From the human T2T-CHM13v2.0 reference genome, Homo sapiens, in assembly GCF_009914755.1 (NCBI RefSeq), contig NC_060937.1: DNA of 64,000 bases. One strand, given 5' to 3'. A model generated the notes under the pieces. The model was not told the DNA's origin, ran no database searches, and was given only the letters and a program-made list of their open reading frames with translations. Within the stretch, counting starts at the first letter, position 1. Every line of letters starts with the position of its first letter. The position numbers and the translations under genes are program-made. Shown piece by piece: positions 57,442 through 64,000 of the stretch.

Positions 57442-60400
57442 GTTAAGCTTGTAGACACACCCAATAGAAAATCAGTTTGAAACAGCACTTATAACCCATT
57501 ATAACTCCCACAGGCTGGGCACATATATGTGCAGGAAGGGGCTGGTGGGGGGGGGGGTTGTCCCTATGTCACCCTAAAACCTCACTGAAGGGTGACTGGC
57601 TCATTCCTTACCTATTTCTGGCTAAGCAACCAAAGCATAAGCTTTGTGTTTTATCTCCATTTCATCTCGCCATCCCTTCTCACACCCAGGCCTAAACACT
57701 TAGAGTAATATTAGAACCAACTTGGTATTTATCATAATACCCTGGGAGAGTCGAGTTCTGGTGAGAACCATGATCGCTAGTTTCATGGGCTGAAGGCTCC
57801 AGGGAGCACTAATCATGGTGTCTGAGTGCATTTGTAGGAGCACATTGTAAACTAATTACCACGTGTGGCTCTCACTCTATCATTACCTTTAATATATGAT
57901 TTCAAATACAATACAACTCCTATTTTGTTGCTTTCACAGTGCTGCAGACTCCAAGGCATGCCTCAGCCTTAAAAATTTTTGATAAAAAATAAACAAAAAG
58001 GCAAGAGTGTTTTTGATAAGTGATAAATGTACCTGCCTAATAGAGCTCTTGGATCATAAGAAGGCATTCAACAACTACTTTTTGAATAACAAATAAATAC
58101 ATTAAAAAATAAGTAATTTTTTATCCCAGCCTGACCTACTGCTAATTTGTCTGCTAACCAGGGCAAGACATTGCCCTATTTGAATATAAAATAAACTAAC
58201 AACAACAGAAAAAAATATTTACTTTCCTAGGGGACATGACATCAACCTAATCCAGAGGATTTGTTGCAGTAAAAACTTAAAATTTTAGAGCATTTTCTTA
58301 AAAAACATATGCGTGAGAAACCAAATAGACACTGGCTTCACTTCTAAATTAGACACATTTCTCTTCTGTTCTGTGTCAAAAGGATGTTTGTATCTTGAGT
58401 CCTACTTGGCTATGAAATGAGCTCTAAAATAGATTTTTAAAACACTGCTTTCTCAGGATGTCCACCTGAGGGAGGCAGACAAGCCAACCCACCTTGGCAT
58501 GTGGGGACTCGGAGCTGGGTAGAGATTTGCAGTGGGTGTGAGGGCACCCAGAGAGGGGGCACACCACTTCAGACTGGCGGAGCGATGGGGGCTGTCAGCA
58601 AAGCCCTCCCAGGGCAGTCACGGTGGGGCTACAGGACAATAGGGAGGCAGGCTGAGGGACAGAAAGGACATTTCAATTCATAGGAGCCAAATAAGCATGG
58701 TGGGTAGCAGCGGGCATAGGGCTGGAAGGGGGCTGGGAGGCATTGAATTCTTTGGAGAAGCTGACTTATTTTGGAGTAAAGGGCCCCTTTGAAGGAAAGA
58801 AACATGAGGAGATCAGAAAAGACAGTCAGAGTTTGCTAATGAAAAGTCATCTATGCCCCTGCCAAGGACTTTGTTCTGTAGCCTAAACACTGTGCAGATT
58901 CTAAATAGATGTCTAAGGATGCTCACGCTGGTGGGGATTGGGGGATGGATTAGACGGGAGACAGACAGACTGATAGGGAGAGTATTGCAGACATTCAGGG
59001 GCCTGAGGTTCCTCATCTGCAAAATGAGGGCTTTCTTTTGAGGACTCAATGAATGAACAAACATAAAAGCCCATTAGCTAGTGACTGGCATATAGTAAGT
59101 GCTCAGTAAATAGTAACAATTGTTATTATGATCCAGATAAGAAATGCTGAAGGAACCACGAAAGGCTGAAACAGCAGCTGGGGTAGAGAAGGAAACAATT
59201 CCGGAGCTTTTCAGGAGGTTGGGTCAGCTGGATTTGTTACTGGCTAGAGGTGCAGGGCTGAGGGCCAAGGGGCCAGAGGTCACTCCAGGTCTGGGTGGCC
59301 CATGAGGCCATTGAGCTGTGTTCAGTTTAGGTGAGATGAGCTTTAAGATTCCTTCCATTTTTTCTTCTACCCTCATCCTCTCTCCAACACCATACCCACC
59401 ACAGTAGCAGAGAAGGGCCAGGAGAGAGGACAGGATCCCAAAAACCACACTACTCCCCACCCCTTCCCCTTTGGCCTACCTGGGGATGTCCTCAGCTGTC
59501 TGCCTTTGCCTTTTTGTTGGCCCTTCCTGAAGTGCTGTAGACCTCAGTTCCACTTAGCAAACATTCATTCAGCATGCTGTGCGCACCAGACCTCACCGAG
59601 TTCAAAGGCCGAGTGAGGAGTGGAGATTAGAGAAGTGAAGAGAGGGCATGAGTACAGCTGGAGGACACATGCAAGCCTGCAACGGAGGTGCTTTAAACTT
59701 CAGTGGGCCCCTGAGACCCCCAGGCAGTCACCTACCACTCCTGAGTGTGCTCATGCCAAGTCTATAGTTCCGCTTTTCCTCCTTTCTTACCAAATCCCCA
59801 ACAATCCTGCTTTCATCTTCCTCTAAGCTGTTGGCCTCATTTCCCACCTCATTGGGAACATCAAAACCATCCAGCAGGAATGTCCACTGGCTTCCACTCC
59901 CCCACCCCCCACCCCCACCCCCCGCTGTGCCTACCAGCACCCAGATCACGGACTCCGGTTGGCTATACCAGATGGCCTTTCCACGTTGCATCCACAGCAA
60001 ATCTCTCCACTCGATCTCAGATCCCAGCGTCTCCCGCCCACTCAAGGGAGCCCTCTTGCAAATCTCCCTTCACTTTCCCTCCTTTCCACTCTCTACTGCC
60101 TCCTTCCCACTAGCTAATTAAAATGCTGTTGTTTTTCCCTTATTAAACAAACAAAATTCTTCTCTATCTCCCTTTTTTCAGCCAGCCATTGTCCCGTTTC
60201 CTTGTAGCACAACTTCTTAAAAGGATCAGAATCATCCATACGCCGTCTCCCCTGTCTACTCCCGCCACTCTCCTGCCCCCTCTGCCAGGCAGTTCTTTCC
60301 AGGGCCTCCAACAACACCATGTTGAAGGTCCGCTGTCAGTTCTCTGAGCTCCTCTCATGAGAACCATCATTTGATCTAGCTGATCCTTGCTAGTTCCTCT

Positions 60401-61195
60401 CCTTCTCCCTGACCTCTTATCCTTCGAGCGTCTTGGCTTCCATCCTGGTTCTCTTCTCCATCTACACTCATGCCCTCTGGTGATCTCCAGATAACCACCG
60501 GTATGCAGGTGGTTCCCATGGTTGTATCTCTAGCGCAGATCTTTCTCCCAGGTTCCAGGCTCATATCCAACTCTCTTCTCACTGTCTCCACTTTGAAGTC
60601 TGCCAGGCATGTCCAAGCCCGCAGCAGTGACTGTGGATGGAGGTCCCTTCCGGCCTGCACTCTGCCCCCGACCATGCTCCTCAAGGAGCTCCTGTTACAG
60701 CCCACTGGGCCACTCACCTCTCCCCGCACAGGCGAGCAGCTCCCCAGCCAGGAGCGTGGTCACAGCCCACGCAGTATCCACTTCTGACTATGAAAATCCT
60801 ACCAGTCCCCAAGATCTGACTCAGATGTCTCTGTCTTCATGGAGCCTTTGCCAGTCCTCTGATCTGGAATTAATTCCTTCCTCTTCTGGGCCTCTGGAGT
60901 TCTTCCTTTATATCTCTATTCTAGACATTAGCACTCTCGGTCTTCTGTCATAGTCAGCAACATTCATTCCACAACAAATACTGTATGGGACCACTGAGAG
61001 CCAGACGCTCTTCTGGGTGCAGGGGAACCTTCAATGTACAAAAGAAATAAGATGTTCTGCTCTCAAGAAGGAATTGTTTGAGTAGAGGGAGAGCGACAAT
61101 GAATATTAAATATATAAAGATATTATTACATAATGTCATATATTATTATAAAGATATGAATTATATAGTATGTTAGAAATATTTTGAAAATTATA

Positions 61196-61243
61196 TTAGG
61201 TTGGTGCAAAAGTAATTGTGGTTTTACTTTTGCACCAACCTAA
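61196..61243. mobile_element. Internally deleted MADE1 (Hsmar1-derived MITE)
   Basis: TIRs TTAGGTTGGTGCAAAAGTAA / TTACTTTTGCACCAACCTAA with TA TSD. Confidence 0.92.
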
Positions 61244-64000
61244 TAGATATAAATTATATAGTATGTTATAAAAATATTATCAAGATGTAAATTAAATTAC
61301 TATAAAGATATACATTATATAGTATGTTAGAAAGTGACAAAAGCAAACAAAAAGGAAAAGTAAGCCCAAGGATGCACTTGTGTGAGCGTCAGTGGAAAGG
61401 GCGGGGTTGTCGGCTGCAGTATTAACAGAGATGGCTAGGTCAATGAGAAGGTGTCATTTGAACTGAGACCGTAAGGAAGCAAGAGGGTGAGCCAGGGGAC
61501 CAAGGGGATACCTGGGGAGAGTAGCCCAGTGAGAGGAACAGCTGGAGCAAAGGCTGGAGTGGGAGCTGCCCTCACCTTGCAAACGGGGCCTCCCGACATT
61601 CATGCCCGGGGCCTTCCCCACCTGCCAAGACACCACCCCTGCCCTGCTTTACTACCCCCTGCCTCTCACAGTGACTCCTAAGAGGCAAGTCCTTCCCCCT
61701 CTTTTGAGCCTTCTTTATATCAAAGGTGGTAGATGCCACTTGTCTTGCCTTTTGGAACAGTGCCTTGCACTGGTTCTGCTTGAGCTGCCCCTCCTCTGCC
61801 TCAGGTGCCATCCTTGGCCTTCCCGTGAACCATATTCTCTCAGTATTAAGTATTGCCTTTCATTTTCATGGCTTCAGCCTTGATTTAAGCCCACTTCTTG
61901 ATGCCACTGGAGTCTACCTCTTTTAGAGACGTCCATGGCTCCACACTGAGGCAGGCTGGGGGACCCCTTCCAGCGTGAGCAGCAGCAGCAGAGATCTCCA
62001 CTGAAGGCCCCTGCTTGCCTTCTGCCCTCTAAACACCAGGGGCATGTCCACAAGGATGTCCTACAGGCCTTTCCAACGTGGAATGCCAAAACATAACTGT
62101 GTTCCCCACAAATCCTGCAGTTTTTCCAGTGTTTTCTAGCTCCATGTGTTAGATCAGCTTCCATTTCACTATTCAATTTGGGAACCTTGGAATTCTCTGT
62201 GGGTGCCTCCTGTCCCGTACTTCCACTTCCAATCACTGACCTACTCTTGTGGCTTTTGTCCCCTCATTTCTGTAATCCCGGCCCCAGTGTGCATCCCCAT
62301 CGTTTTACACACATCCTGGCTGATTAGTTCACTGCCTCCTGTCTCTCCTCTTTGCAACTAAGCCCACAAACTCTGGGAAGATCTGATTATGCTTTGTTTA
62401 ACAACCCTCAACAGATCATGATGGAATCCTGCTTCTATCCCAGTGCGTTAAGGCCTTTCTGGACACGGATGACCTGCACTTCCTCCCAGCTTCCTTGAGG
62501 TGCAAAAGGGATGGTGTCACCATTGTTTTCTGGTTTTCATCCAAGTTGATGTGAAGACATTTGCTGGCTCTCTCAGGATATGGTAATCACCATGATGCCC
62601 CAAATGAGCTTTCTAACAAATGTGAGGAATCTCAGCTGCCCTTCACTGCCTTAGCACAATCAATTGAGTTCAAGTCAAGCACACACTAAGTAAAAATGGC
62701 CTACGTTCTTTCCTTGGCTGGGTTATGAGTTGAGAGCATTGAGAGGCCATTTACTTTATTTGGAAGGCTGATGTCTGGAGGAGAAGAATCTAACATCAAT
62801 GACTAGAGACCCTTCAGATTGATTTATAATCTGACTGGTCCTTCCCTTTCTCATACCTAAAAAAATTACCAATTTGCCCCTTGTAGACAGTGTTCGTCCA
62901 TCCCTATGTCCGTCACCTTTCATAAGCAAGAGTCAATGATTGTCTCCATTTTGAAGGGAAAACCGAGAGATTTGTTCTGTGCTTTATCCTACTGCATTTC
63001 AGAGAGAGAGAAAAAAAAATGGTTCTTCCAAAAAATCAAAAGCAGTTCCAATACGGAGATGGTAAGATCATTAGAATTTAGAATACCAAGATTTGTCAGA
63101 AATGGACTCACTTATCATAAATGCTTTGAAATTGAGGAAAGTTCAAAGAAACAAAATCTGGAGCCAATCCAAACATCGCTGGGTCTCTCCAATTCCCTGG
63201 CTCCCTGGTTCTTTCCAGTGTCCATATGCGAACATGCCCTGCATCTGGAGCTCTGTCCTAAGCTCTGTGGAAAATGTCAGGTTATTAGATGTGACAAAAT
63301 GCTCTCGTGGATCACCCAGCTGCAGCTAGTCGGGTAAAACTTCCTTTTGCTTCCCCTGACTCCCAAATGAGATGGTGTCCTTTGCTCCCTTCATCCATAT
63401 TCCGATACACAGATTAGCTAGAGATGAGAAATTCCTGAAGAAAGAAGGAAATAATAAGTTTTAAACTGGGCCTCTTTGCATCTTAAAAAGAAATCAAAGA
63501 TAGCCTCTTTGCAAAGCTCCGTCTTTTTAGACGTTGACCCCCGAAGTGTATTGCTGTTGCTGCAGCACACTGGAACGTTTCAGATGCCTCTAATTCCCAG
63601 GATCTGGTCTCCTGCCAGAGCTGCAGAGTGATATGAATAATTTCTGGGCTCCCTTCCCCAGGATGGATGTGTTTCTGGGATTTTTTTGGCAGACATGCCA
63701 TCGGAGTCTATCTCTCTTAGAGAAGTCAGCGGCTTTGCACTCTGAAGCAGGATCGGAGACTCCTTTCGGGATGAGCAGCAGTGGGGCAGAGATCTCCACT
63801 GAAGGCAACTCTTTCCATTTTTCAGCAGTCTTGTTGTGAGAAAAATATGCCAGTTCCCAGGGGCAAAGATTCCTAAAAGATACACCAGGGATGCAACCGC
63901 TGTACGTTGTGCCTGATTTTAATGTAATGTAGCAAGTGTGAATCTCAGTCCCTAACTTTAGGTATGCAAGAAATAGAATTTGCTTTACTTTCCTAAACTC

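Noticed and set aside
62906-63337. 143-aa ORF ending SWITQLQL, reminiscent of a WD40 WVTQL motif
   Set aside because: Match is only about 5 residues, splice sites are unconvincing, and I could not find the exon expected after exon G

Overview
Human genomic DNA: a human-specific AluYb8 is present and the repeat content is typical of primates. I place it at 13q12.3 from recalled protein sequence and gene order, not from a search. The window opens with the last coding exon and 3' UTR of TEX26 (+). About 30 kb of repeat-rich intergenic DNA follows, then a CpG-rich patch near 33 kb. From about 40.8 to 54.1 kb is a chain of + strand exons that splice into the N-terminus of a WDR49/WDR64/EFCAB8-type protein (degenerate EF-hand pair plus WD40), most likely the unitary pseudogene WDR95P. 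Four candidate lesions are readable: an extra G at a splice donor (frameshift), an in-frame TAG, a GC donor and a possible 1-nt deletion. Candidate regulatory elements are two RFX X-boxes, a CCAAT cluster, a PORE-like octamer palindrome and a convergent pair of CTCF motifs. Nearly all ORFs in the supplied track are repeat-derived or chance. Repeat boundaries and subfamilies were judged by eye and are approximate. I found no evidence of a wholly new biological system.
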